Program-made: the position numbers and the translations under genes | In this document: in pieces, positions 10,925 to 23,241 of the stretch | Layout of the letters: every line of letters begins with the position of its first letter | Position numbering within the stretch: position 1 is the stretch's first letter | Notes under the pieces: model-generated | Database searches by the model: none | Told to the model about the DNA's origin: nothing | The model's input: the letters and a program-made list of their open reading frames with translations, nothing else | Assembly: GCA_054661495.1 (NCBI GenBank) | Contig: BAAFSQ010000059.1 | Location: 1 to 32,000 of the forward strand | Direction of reading: 5' to 3' | Length of the DNA stretch: 32,000 bases | Source of the DNA: Zygophlyctis sp. KS116 | Taxonomy: Eukaryota > Fungi > Chytridiomycota

Positions 10925-11452
10925 ATGAGATTTAGCACTTTGGCTGGACAATCAATTACTTGGAAAGAATTCTTTCTCTACCGATCCCAAAAGAGAAGAT
11001 GGGAAAGAGCTTCAGCAGTCATTGGAGGAACTCTGGGATCATTTGGTTCTGGCTATTACTTTTTTTCAGTTGCTGATTTTGATCCAACTCAACCATTGTT
11101 TGGATTGCCCGACCCAACATTGGCTTATGTCGCTGGAGCAATGGTCTGTGGTGCAATCGCTACTGCATCCTCTCTACAATTTGGGGGGATTTTATGGCGA
11201 GCATCAAAGAAATCAATGTAAGAATTTGGATTTAATTCTAGTCTATTAAAAACTATTGATGATAAAGAAAGAGATTTCTTCAAAAGATTATCAATGCATA
11301 GACCAAAAGATATAAAATTCATAAATGTTCCTGGATCTGGTGAAGTTACTCTTCCAGACTATTATGGTGAAAAAATACATTCTATTAGAGATTACAAATC
11401 ATGGATCAAATCTCAAAGAAAGTTTATAGCTAGAAATATGTCTAGACTTTAA
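10925..11452 (+). CDS. PAM17: Mitochondrial presequence translocase motor subunit Pam17; intron 11218-11241
   Basis: ITWKEFF..R..RR, two TM segments with DP motifs, and C-terminal PDYYGEKIHSIRDYKSWIKSQRKF. Confidence 0.88.
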
Positions 11453-12145
11453 TTTTTTTTAGAATTTTTAAATCTTTGAATTTGACCAACTCTTTTTGCT
11501 GCTGCTTTAACTACAAATATTCCTCCAAATAATGACAGAATCATGTATAATATAGTATCAGACATGGGCAAATTTCCCCAAAATTTACAAATACAAAGCG
11601 TAAATAGAGTCTCTGTAATATGAATAATCAGAATTCCAAAAAACATTCTGTCCATTCCTTGATCTCCATGTAAAGTTTCCTTTATAAACTTTTCAAGAGG
11701 AGATAAATCTTTAGAAATTCTTATATTCCAAAACATTGCCAAAAATCCAATAGTCATCATAAATGCAAACCAATTTATAGAATTTAGTACACTAGGAATT
11801 TCTGATCCAGGTGAAATATATAATGTATCAGCCTTGATTGGATCCAACGCATTAATAGCTTCTTTAGCCATTGCAAAGAGAGCCTGATCAACTTGACTAG
11901 GATGTTGAATTCTAGATCCAAAAGCTGCCCGTATTTCCTTTTTCTGAGAATCTTCATAGTATTCAATAGTAAATCCTATAATAAAATAAGTATAGCAAAC
12001 CTTGAGAGTCAATCTCTGTCATTGATATTCTTTCTGGATTCTTTGACTGAGCAAAATAGCTGGCATATAATTCTAAATATTGAGGTTGATTTGTATTGAC
12101 TTGTTTCAAGATTTGAGGCTCCACCAGTGATAAAACATCCTTCAT
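11449..12145 (-). CDS. DUF2470-like domain membrane protein; intron 11976-12000
   Basis: N-terminal ...MTEIDSQGFTI...AF...LFAMAKEA pattern followed by three TM helices including IHITET. Confidence 0.6.
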
Positions 12146-12166
12146 TTTTACGTGAATATCTTCCTA

Positions 12167-14323
12167 ATGGCTCGTAAGGTATCGTCTGCTGGCGTATTTG
12201 TTATTCCAGAAGATAAAATAACTGAAACAATTTACACAATGATCAAGGATGGTAGATATGTAGATGTTATAAGATACATGAAGAACCAACTTTCCAATGC
12301 TCCAAAATCTCGAGCTGTAATTAAAGAATTTTGATAATTAGGCGCTGTCATTACTAGGATATTGTTATTATCAAATACAGGATTATGCATCAGCTTCGGA
12401 CGTTTATGAAAGACTTTCTAAATATTATCCAGATAGTAAAGAATATTCATTCTATTACGCACAGTCCTTGTATAAATCAAATCAGTCGGCGGCAGCTCAA
12501 AAAGTATGTCATTCTCTAGCCGAAGAGAGAGACTTTCAGACACGGGTCCGTAAGTTGGAAGCGGCAATCAAATTTGACTCACAGGATATCGCTGGTTGCA
12601 AGGTTTTAATTGATCGGCTTCATAAAGGTATCTAAAGTTTTTTTATTTTAGATGATACGGAAACATTGGTCAATCAGGGATGTATTTTATACAAGGAAGG
12701 GAAATACGAAGATGCCAAAAATAAATTCATAGAGGCTTCAAAAATTACTGGTTTTAGTCCGGACATTAATTATAATATTGCATTATGTTATTATATGTTG
12801 AAGAAATATGTCTCTGCACTTAAACATATTGCGGATATTGTGGAAAAAGGGATTTGTGATCATCCAGGTACTTTTCTTAATTTACATTTTTAGAACTTAA
12901 TGTTGGAATGGCGACAGAGGGGCTTGAAACAACTTCTGTAGGAAATTCACAGCTTTTACATGAAACATATCTAGTAGAAGCATTTAATTTAAAGGCTGCT
13001 ATAGAGTTTAATCTCAAAAATTGTAATTTAAAATTTATTAAAATTAGATGATGCAGCAAGAGAAGCTTTATCTGATATGCCACCTCGGAAGGAAGAAGAG
13101 TTGGATCATGTTACGCTTCATAATTTAGCACTAATGAATATGGAAACACATTCAGCCTCTGGATTCGAAAAGTTGTCATTTTTAGTTTCTCAGTTTCCTT
13201 GTCCACCAGAAACGTTTGGAAACTTGCTTCTTTTATACATTAAATATGAATATTTAGATCTTGCTGCTGATCTTTTAGCTGAAAATGGACCATTATTCTC
13301 TTCTATACTTTCTCCTGTAAATATTAAATTCTAAAAAAGTAGTATTTATTGGATTTCTGCGAGGCAAATTTGCTCAAACAATCTTCTCAAGAGCAGGCCT
13401 TCCTAAAATTAGAAGCTCAATGTAATAGACAAGTGGATATTTTACGAAAGCTTACTAAAAAAGTTGAAGAGGCGAGACAAAATCAGGATGATGAAGTTAT
13501 TTGTCAGGCCATTGAAGAATATGACGCTTGCATTGATAAGTAAGATAGCTCTACTGATTATCAAGATATATTCCAGTGCTAATGTCTCAAGCGAAAATAT
13601 ATTGGGATGTAGGAAATTATTCAGCGGTTGAGAAATTGTTTAGAAAAACTGTGGAATTTTGTAATGAAAATGATACATGGAAGTTAAATGTTGCTCATGT
13701 ATTATTCATGCAAGAATCAAAATTCAAAGAATCGATTTCCTTTTATGAGCCAATCGTAAAAAAGAGCTATGATAATGTAAGAATTTTTATAATTCTTATT
13801 TTAGATACTGGATGTTACAGCAATTGTACTAGCGAATTTATGCGTAGGATATATTATGACTTCTGAAAATGAAGCCGCAGAAGAGCTCATGCGTAAAATA
13901 GAAAAGGCAGAAGATCTTCAAGCAAGTACCAATCCTTCCAAACGATTTTATCATTTGTGCATTGTAAATTTGGTAATTGGAACACTGTATTGCTCAAAAG
14001 GAAATTATGAATTTGGTATTTCAAGAATAATTAAGGCCATGGAACCATTTAACAAGAAGCTTGGAACCGACACATGGTTTTATGCAAAAAGATGTTTTGT
14101 CTCTTTCTATGAAGCGTTATCAAAGCAAATGATTGTCATTAAGGATGAACTTTATAAGGAGTGCTTAGAATTCTTTGACCAATGTGAATTACATGGGCGG
14201 GACATACCTGTTATGATTAGTCAGATGAAAGCTGCAGAAAACGGATCCAGTTCTAATGATAAAAATTCAGTCAGTTATGAGGCACGTCTTCTAAAGGCGT
14301 TATTCACTCGACTAAATGATTAG
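12167..14323 (+). CDS. IFT70: Intraflagellar transport protein IFT70 (TTC30/fleer/DYF-1); 7 introns (12317-12341, 12628-12651, 12868-12893, 13023-13047, 13317-13342, 13540-13565, 13777-13804)
   Basis: SRAALSLLGYCYY, DMPPRKEEELDHVTLHN, PPETFGNLLLLY, WKLNVAHVLFMQE, HLCIVNLVIGTLYCSKGNYEFGISR and KLGTDTWFYAKRC. Confidence 0.95.
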
Positions 14324-14463
14324 AGTGCATTGAACAATAAGTTGTTTGATGATGATGAAGAGCTAATACCCCAACACCAATGTTCTAGTCACATAATGTA
14401 TGATTCGGCGTAGAATAAATACATATTTTAAATTTATTCAAAGATAATTTCTTTTTTATTCGA

Positions 14464-15954
14464 CTAAAGCTTGTTGACGATATATTTTTGAGAATACTCA
14501 GGCTTGATTTTTTCAGGGGTACCCAAAAGACTTCCAGCTCTACTCATCACTTTCTGTATTTGATTCAAAGATACACCTCGGGCTTCAATTGCAGGGTTGT
14601 ATCCAAATCGAGAGATTGTAACTTGATTTTGAGAAGGATCAACATCGGTGACCTTTTTATACAATGTCACGACAGCGGCGCCACCAAGCCCAATATTATG
14701 CTGTAGTCCATATCGTGCATTGGCCACTTGTCGATTTCCAGCCATACCTCGCAATTGCCAACAAAGCTCAGCACATTGGGCTAAACCAGTGGCCCCTAAT
14801 GGGTGTCCTTTGGAAATAAGACCTCCAGAAGGATTAACAATTGTTTTTTTCAATGAAGGAGAGCAATCTCCCTTATAAAATTGGGGCAACTATTAAGAAT
14901 TACAAATATTTCGACTTACAGTACACTGTCCACTCGCGATAAAATCAGCCGCCTTCCCCATCGGGCAAAGTCCAAGAGCATCATATGTAATAAGTTCATT
15001 CGCAGAAAAACAGTCATGTAGCTCTACAACATCAACATCTTTTGGAGTAATGTTTGCTTTTCTATACACCTGTTTAGCAGCTTCCTGTGACATGGCAAAT
15101 CCAGCTACCTCAATACAAGACTTTCTTTCACCTTTCGGATCAAAAGCCAAAGTTGAATCAGTAGCTATTGATTGCGCTACAATTTCAACTGCCTGATTTA
15201 ATAGACCATGTTTTCGGACAAAAGATTCCGATGCTAAAATCGCACAACCAGCACCATCACTTGTTGGAGAACAGTGTAGTAAAGTTAAAGGACCACAAAT
15301 TTTTCTTGCTTTTTTAACTTGTTCTAAAGTGGCAGGCTGTCTAAATTGCGCATAAGGATTAAGAGTAGAATGGTTGTGTGATTTTTCCGCAATGAGATCA
15401 AAAGCATCAGGATTACCACCATACTTTTCCAAATACTCTATTCCTGCATTAGCAAAAATTTGAGGAGTTAACGCTGTACTTTCTACCCCTCTTAATTCAG
15501 ACATTATTTGTACAATTTGATCAATAGGATTTGTACGATCATTCCAAGTAGCCGATAAAGAACCGGAAGCCATCTTTTCAAAACCCACAGACAATGCACA
15601 ATCAAGTCCACTTTCAATCGCCTGCCGAGCCAAATATAATGCCGAAGACCCAGTCGAACAACTCTAGTTAGAAGAAAATTAGTTACTTGTTATTTACATT
15701 TACTATGGGAATTTGAGTCAGACCCAACTGATACAATCCCCTTTGACCACAAGTTGAATCCCCTAATGCTGTAAGAATTAGAAAATACCAAAACAATAGC
15801 CGGCAGCAGCAAATTGAATCGCGTCGTATGTTAGACTGCTATCAATGAGAGCCTTTGTAGCGGCTTCTAGCACATAATCTGTATAATCCCAGTCTTTCTT
15901 TCTTCCTGGTTTCTCAAATCGAGTTAATCCAACACCGATAACGTAGACTTTCAT
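14464..15954 (-). CDS. SCPx-type thiolase without a recognisable fused SCP2 domain; introns 15763-15788, 15662-15686, 14890-14919
   Basis: [60 protein letters not shown] and HNIGLGGA. Confidence 0.92.
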
Positions 15955-15990
15955 TTTTTAGTCACAAGATCTAACGGTGACGTTTTACTA

Positions 15991-18900
15991 ATGAGTTTTC
16001 AAGAAATTGAGACTTTTCTACAGGAATCAGTCAAGGATACTCCACAATTCAGAGCTGCAATCATCCGATGCATAAAAGAACTCTTGGAATTTCAAAAATG
16101 GTTGGAATCGTTTCTAAAAGCCGTCAAAGGAATCAAGGATTCTCATCAATGTAAATAATTAAGTTTAAGAATTTAGATATTGCAACTGCTCATGATCAAC
16201 TATCTGAATTAATTGCTGGTCTTAAGCCATCTGGACTTATTGATGCTAGCACTGCATTAACTCTAAAAAAGATTATTTGGAACGATCGGACAATATATCA
16301 CTTATTTATTGATCGGCTAAATATCGATGTGATTTCTAGTGTTGCAGAATATTTAAAAACTAACATGTTGTCTATGAAGGAAACTTTCAAATCTCATGAT
16401 CGATTGCAGGAAAGATTGGACAGTTGCTTTTCTAAATATGCATCATCAAAGCCCAAGGATGATTTATCAAGTGTAGAAGTAATATTTTAATGTATTGAAT
16501 CAATCTAGGAAGAAAATGCGTTTCTAGTTTTGCAAAAAGAGTACGCAGAAGCGTCTTTAGATATAGCACTAAAGTGTTATATTTATAATGCAGAATGCAA
16601 AGAGTTTCTGTCTAGAACAATGTCAAAGTTTCTCCTTTACTGGAGTGAATTTCATCATGAATTAACATTCAATATAAATGGGCCTTACACATTTAGTAAA
16701 TCGTGGCAGGTCAATAATGCAGAAAATCTAAGTTTACTAGAAACCAAAAATCTAGAACTGAAACCAAAAATTGAACATTTGAAAGATGTATGTTCTATAT
16801 TTAAATTTTAGATGATAAATTCTTGGAATTTAGGAAATAAGCTACTTCCAGATATCTCTTTAGATACCGGTCGTGTTAGAAAATGCGGATATTTATTAAA
16901 GAAATATAACCAATCAATAGGTCCGGCATTATGGATTAGACGTTATTTTGTTTTGGAAAACGGACGGATTTTTTATTATTTTCTGGCTGGAAAGGTTACT
17001 CTACAGACTCTACAGACTCTGCCCGTGAATGTTCTTCTATGCAATACAAAAATTTTAAAAAGGGAAGAAAGACGGTTTGTATTTGAAATCGTAAACCCAA
17101 CCAGACAACCTTGGATTCTACAAGGTATTATCCTACTAGAATTTATAAATAGGCGAAAGTGAGCAAGATGTCGATTCATGGATTAAGGCAGTAAATGATG
17201 CGAAACTTCAAATCAGTGAATCTGATGAACCTCTTCCAACTTCATCATTGAAAGCAACATTGCATGAATTACCTGAATATGTAGATGATGGTGAGCAAAT
17301 TTATCTTGTACCTGCTAGGTATATGAATGATGGAATCACCGCTAATTCAAGAAATTTATCAGCTCTTGACTTGTAATAATTTCTCAAGTAATACATTGAT
17401 AGGTCTACTAATCGAAATCTTGAATTTTACGAAAAAAAGCTTTTAGAATTGATTCCAGATGGAACTGGAGATGGTTCAAAACTTTTTGATGCTATGTCAT
17501 GTTTTTTATTGAAAAACAATAATCAAGTTTCAGGAACTTTATATGTTAGAGAAGCTGATATTATATTCTCTGCAAATATTTTTGGCGTTGATATTCAGGT
17601 ATTATTCAAGGATTAAAATTAAGATTATTTGTCGTTTTGCAGAAATATCTACAATTTTTTCATCTAGAAACTCGTATTTTAGTACGATCCGAATTGAAGC
17701 AGGAGATGATGATAATGTGCATTTAATTAATTAACCTTTTTAGATAGATTTTAAAATTGCCCTGGAACAAGAAGAAAAAACAATGTTTATGCTTAATAGA
17801 ATATGGATGAATGCCACTGGTGACACTGTAATACTTGATTTCGTTCATGATCTAGCCTATTCCAACATTAGATCTCGTAAAAGAAATTAGCGAGGGAAGA
17901 TCTTTGTCTTCTAACGAATCTGGTGGAGATTTTAGTCTCAAGGAAAAGAGAGGTATATGAAATATTATTTAAAAGTTATAGGTGCATATCAACTTCCGCC
18001 TGATTTTGCAGAACCATCAGAATCAATTAACTGTGGATGCGAAACTCATTTGGAAGTTATAGCAGTGGATTCAGATGTGAATTTACCAGCATACATATTA
18101 TTTTCTCTAATGTTTGGAAAAGATTCAGCATTTTTTTGGGAAAAGGTTGGTATACTTACCGGAATAACTGGTAATCATATTAAATTTTAATCATTAGCAA
18201 GAACGAATGGGGAATGGTCATTAAATGCCATTCCAGAGCGTGAAGTAGAGTACGATGTACCTGTCAGTAATCCTATGTGTATTTTGTAGCATTTATTTAA
18301 TGCTAGATAAACTTAAAAAAGCTCGAGTCTATGTAAAATCGAAAATAATAAAAAATCAAGAACACATTCTTTACGTAGTGGAAGAAATTTCCAAAACTCC
18401 GGCTGTACCCTATGGTGATACTTTTCAAACAATTGCCAGATATTGCATCAGCTGGAAAAATCAAGAATCGTGTCATATTTTGGTTACTGGTGAAATTGAT
18501 TGGTTAAAACATCCTTTAGTAAAAGGTTTAATTAAAGGATTTGCCATGAAAGGTCTAACAGATACTGCTAAAGCAGCATTAGAAGTTGTAGAAAATGGGC
18601 TTTCATCAAAACCAAAACCAATCACAAGAAAGATCACTAATCCAAGCCATGATAAAAAACAGAAGCCTAAATTAATATCTCTTCAATACAAGCACTTGGC
18701 ACTTCTCATTTTTCTAATATTCAGCCTGCTATTGTTAAGTATATACAATTGGTATAATATTCATAAATATATACCAATCAATCAAAAATGCATACCACAA
18801 TTTAGAATCGAGGAATGGGTAAAGTCTAAGGATTCAGACAACAACCAGAGATCTAATTTTGTCAAATATCACTTTATAGATTTTACTAAAAAAACTATAA

Positions 18901-19100
18901 ATCAAAACATTACATATACAAATCAAACTCAAGCGAGCAAATTCAAAAAATATTCAAATTATCTCATTAGTTCAGAACAAATGGCCACCAAACTCTTGAA
19001 AGAATGGGTTCTACTAAATAATATCCAAGAAAGTAGCATTGAAGCATTATATCAAAATTGGCTTCTAGACAGCTTATTTGAAATTAATAATACAGATTAA
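15991..19100 (+). CDS. Sip3/Lam1-like sterol transfer protein (BAR-PH-GRAM-VASt-TM); about 11 introns
   Basis: DTPQFRA (BAR start), RKCGYLLKK..WIRRYFVL..RRFVFEI (PH), GTLYV (GRAM), TPAVPYGDTF (VASt) and a C-terminal TM. Intron donors at 16151, 16479, 16788, 17125, 17373, 17599, 17717, 17828, 17953, 18171 and 18279. Confidence 0.85.
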
Positions 19101-19219
19101 ACTTTAAATAGTATTTAGAATTTTCTGACTTGTAAGATGTTGTGTCCGATCGACTTTCAGCGTGGCGCAATAGGTTTCTAATAGTTATTTCGACTGTAAG
19201 TTTGTTCTATTAATGCTAG

Positions 19220-20497
19220 ATGAGATCCCTTTCCGCTTTCAATATAATCATTCGGCCTGCTAGGAGCTTTTACAATGCATCTTTATCAGCTATCCATCAA
19301 AAGGAAAAGGATTTTAGAAATCATCAAGCATCGTCTTCTAGAAGGAAAATTGTGTTTAATTGGGAAAATGTGAAGAATCTGAGAGGGCATGAAAAGATTG
19401 AACTATTCAGAGATTTTGCTCAAACAGCAGATACAGAAAATGCATTGAGGATTTACTTAATCATAAAGGAAAATGATTTATTGTCACGAATGACTTATGT
19501 GGACCATCACAAAATGTTTCATTTGCTTTTAAAAAATAGAAGCATATATCAAACAGAAATTATTAATGTATGGAATTGGATAAAACAAAATCAGTATTAT
19601 CCGTCTGCAGGACTCTACAAGGAAATGTTTTATTGTTATAAAGCATGGATGGATTTACAAAATGCAATAATTTTGTATCATCAAATGATTGACACCAAGA
19701 TTCAGATTGCTCCTGAAATATATGAAACATTATTGCTTCTTTATGCCAATAGTAGAGATTCAAGAAATCATTTAGAAGGAATCAAATTATGGAATTCAAT
19801 GGGAAAAGTCAAATCAAGATCATCATTGATTGCAATCGCTCTAGAGTTATTTGGAAAAGTTAAGGATATTGTAAGTGCAACCAATCTGTATCACGACACA
19901 TATCTTAAATTGCCAAAAGAAGGTTCTCAAGCATTAAAAATTAAATCAGTTTATCTTTCTGCATTAGTTCATGCAGAAGACTATGATGAGGCATTTGTGT
20001 TTTATGAAAACATGATTAATAATTCGGAATGGATTGCAGGAAGTCAAGTCATACCAACTAGTATCTTTAGATCAATTTTTAGAACAATGATCAAGGCAAC
20101 TTATAAATCGCATAATCTCCCACTAGCTAAAAAAATTCTTAAAGATATGGAATCAAAAGGAATAAATACAGATAGTCAAATTAATTCAAGATTTTTGGTA
20201 ATACTTGGTGTCAGCGGGGATATGTCTTCAGCTGAGAAGTTTTATGAAACCCAAATCCTGGAATCATCAGATAAACATATAGGACGCTATCAAGTTGCGC
20301 TGCTAGAAGTATATTGTCAAAGATTAGAGCGCACAAAGGCTGATGAACATTTTGCATTGATAAAAGACATGCCTTTTAAGTTATATGCCATGAATTTTCT
20401 CAAAAAGATGTATCAGGAAATGGAAGATATTGAAGCAGTTAACAGAATGGCAGAAATGATCAAGATAATTGAAGAAAATAAACAGAGTCGATTTTGA
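19220..20497 (+). CDS. PPR-like helical repeat protein, probably mitochondrial
   Basis: Arg/Ser-rich presequence-like N-terminus and ~35-aa repeats such as IFRTMIKATYKSHNLPLAKKILKDMESKGINTD; intronless. Confidence 0.75.
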   Translation: MRSLSAFNIIIRPARSFYNASLSAIHQKEKDFRNHQASSSRRKIVFNWENVKNLRGHEKIELFRDFAQTADTENALRIYLIIKENDLLSRMTYVDHHKMFHLLLKNRSIYQTEIINVWNWIKQNQYYPSAGLYKEMFYCYKAWMDLQNAIILYHQMIDTKIQIAPEIYETLLLLYANSRDSRNHLEGIKLWNSMGKVKSRSSLIAIALELFGKVKDIVSATNLYHDTYLKLPKEGSQALKIKSVYLSALVHAEDYDEAFVFYENMINNSEWIAGSQVIPTSIFRSIFRTMIKATYKSHNLPLAKKILKDMESKGINTDSQINSRFLVILGVSGDMSSAEKFYETQILESSDKHIGRYQVALLEVYCQRLERTKADEHFALIKDMPFKLYAMNFLKKMYQEMEDIEAVNRMAEMIKIIEENKQSRF

Positions 20498-20526
20498 ATT
20501 TGTACACGCTCCTTTTATGTGAATTT

Positions 20527-21519
20527 TTAAGACCCCAAATTTTTGACTTTCTTTTGATAATTTTTATGATGCCTGATTAAATATGAATAATAACTTTTCC
20601 CTCCATCTTTTGCAAATGAGCATATTTCCATAGTCATTGCAAAAACCGTAAACTGAAAACTTTCCCAATCTTTGTCTGAAACATATTGCGGTCTAGTTTG
20701 CTTGTTGTAAAAAAATTCCAAGAATGCTTGAATTGGCGAATCTAAATAAGGCTCCCAAAATTCATTTCTTTCAACCTCTTCTGTTAACCATCCAACCCGA
20801 TCACCAGTCCAAAAAGGCAAGATTTCCGTGACTGTCGTAATTCCTAAACGATTATATAGAGCCTGTCTTAACGGCCTTAAAACCAAGTGAGGATTACCAT
20901 ATAGTTTAAAAAAAGGTGATGCTCCGCCTCGTTTATATAATTTTTTAGATATGATATTTGCATAATGAACTGATTTATAATCAGATATTAAATTTGTTAT
21001 GATTGAAAGTTCTCTTTTTACTTTTGACTTTGATTTATACTCAATAGCCTCTTGTAATTCAAATCCTTTCTCCCCATCATTATCCCATATTTTAAATCCA
21101 GAGTAAACTTTAAAACTTGAATTTCTAAATCTAAAGAAATCAGAGTCTCTACTTAGAACAATTGCATTATCTCTTTCAGCTAAAGAAGCCACAAGATCAT
21201 CATTATCAATTTCTAAAGAATAAATTACAGGAACTCGATTCAACTGAAATGCATTACTTGTAAGTGTATCAATTCCATATGGCAGAGACCTTTGACCGCT
21301 TTTAATTTCCTTTTCTTTTCTATGAATCCATTTCTTTTGAGTTTCTGAAGATATCTGTGTTGCATCAATAAATGCCTTCACTTTATAACCGTTCCTTGAA
21401 GCCGCTTCACAAAATTCCTTGATTCTCTTAAATCCAGTTGAAATAGTTGAAATATTATTAATCCTTGGAAAGAAAACACTTGCATAATTCAATGCATCAA
21501 TGTAGATCATCTTTTGCAT
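20527..21519 (-). CDS. PIN-like (FEN/NYN-type) putative nuclease, 330 aa
   Basis: Acidic motif set IYIDALN, AFID, EIDNDD and VLSRDSDFF, typical of PIN-fold active sites. Confidence 0.7.
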   Translation of the reverse strand: MQKMIYIDALNYASVFFPRINNISTISTGFKRIKEFCEAASRNGYKVKAFIDATQISSETQKKWIHRKEKEIKSGQRSLPYGIDTLTSNAFQLNRVPVIYSLEIDNDDLVASLAERDNAIVLSRDSDFFRFRNSSFKVYSGFKIWDNDGEKGFELQEAIEYKSKSKVKRELSIITNLISDYKSVHYANIISKKLYKRGGASPFFKLYGNPHLVLRPLRQALYNRLGITTVTEILPFWTGDRVGWLTEEVERNEFWEPYLDSPIQAFLEFFYNKQTRPQYVSDKDWESFQFTVFAMTMEICSFAKDGGKSYYSYLIRHHKNYQKKVKNLGS

Positions 21520-21758
21520 TCTTTTCTTGCGGATGGGAGGTTTATAATTTCCTAGTCGAAGACTTCATGTCCGAAACGTTTCATTTCAAGATTTCATAAA
21601 TTCCAAGAGAAATTCTTTATTTAAATATCATTAAAAATAAAGAGCATACAAAGTAAAGATCATGAAGTTTTAGAAAAGATAAAAATCTCATGTCCGAAAC
21701 ACAAATCGCTGCCGGTCAGACCTAAAATCTCTTGAAAAAACTAGTTTTTAAGGATATC

Positions 21759-23081
21759 ATGAATAGGAAAATGATTAAACAGATGGCAAACTTTGATATT
21801 ATAATCCCTTCAAAGAGTCTGCTGATACAACCATGCAGTCTAGCTGAATCATTTAGAAAACTAATTCACAAGGACACTGAAAGTGCATTCAAAATCTACT
21901 CTGTTATTTGTAAAAGGGATTTTGGAAGTTTGCAGTATGACGATCATGTATCCATGAAGGAAAGGCTGTTGATGGATCCAGATAAATTTCGGAATGAAAT
22001 AACTAAAACATGGGAAATTTATTCCAAGAATCAATGGACAATTCCTCCATTTTTGTTTCTAGAGACTCTAAAGGTTTTTATTGAATGGGATGATTATAAT
22101 TCTGCAAGATATTTGGTAGATCAGATGCTGCTATTACCCGAAAAAAAAATTTCTGGACAATTATATTATTCAGTTTTGAGGATTTTTGCTGAAAGTTGTA
22201 ATACTAAATTCGCTTTTCAGGGATTGACGATTTGGGAACAGTTGAAAAAGAAAAATCCGGAATTTGGGCATTTTTTGATTGCAATGGAACTGTTAGTTGT
22301 GCAAAAAAAGTTTTTTGAATTACAAAAGGTGTATCAAGAAGCTATAGAAAAATTCAAGAATACTGATCCACTTGAAAGAAGATTTTTACACTGTAGTTTG
22401 AAGATTTTAAGGAATTATCTACAAGAAAAGGATTTGGAAAATTCAAGATTGATATTTAATCAATTGATTAAATTAAACTGCAAAATTCCACCAGATATAT
22501 ACTTTTCAATTATAATGATTCATGCAGATACTGCAGGGGTTCATTCATTTTATAATGGGACTAAACTTTGGTTGCAGATTAAAGACTATGAAAATAACTC
22601 TAAAAATTTACCTTTTATGGCAGTCATGGAAATGTATGGGAAGCATGGAGATTTATATAACTTGGAAAAATTGTTTCAATCACTATCATCAAATGCTAAT
22701 GTTTCAAAATATTGTATAGAAATAAACTACATAGTGGGTTTGATGGATGCAAAGGAACCAGAAAAAGTCAAAAATGCTTACTATTCATATTTTAAGTCAT
22801 TTTTAGAGTTAAAAGAGGAAAAGGCATTGCGCTTATCTGATCGATTATTGGAAATTTCTTTTGATACAAAAGATTTAGAATGGGCGAAACATATATTTAT
22901 GAATATTAAAAACTCTGCAAGCATTCCAAATATGTCGATATATGAACGTTATATTAAAAATATGTGTTTATTGGGACAAAAAGAACATGCAAAGCAAGTT
23001 TTAGAGGAGATTCTATTAAGGGATTGGAGAAGTGAAGGCTTGGATATTGAACGGTTAGAAAAATACATTTATCGGGTCTAA
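21759..23081 (+). CDS. Second PPR-like protein, paralogue of 19220-20497
   Basis: Collinear similarity (YDDH..LL..EI..W / W.D...A..L..QM / Y..L...A.S....G...W) and PPR-like repeats; intronless. Confidence 0.7.
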   Translation: MNRKMIKQMANFDIIIPSKSLLIQPCSLAESFRKLIHKDTESAFKIYSVICKRDFGSLQYDDHVSMKERLLMDPDKFRNEITKTWEIYSKNQWTIPPFLFLETLKVFIEWDDYNSARYLVDQMLLLPEKKISGQLYYSVLRIFAESCNTKFAFQGLTIWEQLKKKNPEFGHFLIAMELLVVQKKFFELQKVYQEAIEKFKNTDPLERRFLHCSLKILRNYLQEKDLENSRLIFNQLIKLNCKIPPDIYFSIIMIHADTAGVHSFYNGTKLWLQIKDYENNSKNLPFMAVMEMYGKHGDLYNLEKLFQSLSSNANVSKYCIEINYIVGLMDAKEPEKVKNAYYSYFKSFLELKEEKALRLSDRLLEISFDTKDLEWAKHIFMNIKNSASIPNMSIYERYIKNMCLLGQKEHAKQVLEEILLRDWRSEGLDIERLEKYIYRV

Positions 23082-23241
23082 AAACTCCATTAAAAATTTC
23101 TCAAATTAAAAATATTTTTTTAAAAACTTTTTGTTGCGGCCCCATAATTTACCTTTTACTCTGGAATATACGATTGAATCATGACAAAGTAAGAGCAGTG
23201 TCATACAATCGATATCCCTTTTGGTTTTCACAAATTAAAAA

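Noticed and set aside
14345-14420. ATGATGA box C-like motif suggesting a C/D snoRNA
   Set aside because: No downstream CTGA box D or terminal stem, and no recognisable rRNA guide.
21552-21584. Possible upstream micro-exon giving the PIN protein an MKRNYKPPIRKKR extension
   Set aside because: It requires a weak GTTTCG donor and an atypically GC-rich intron; unsupported without RNA data.
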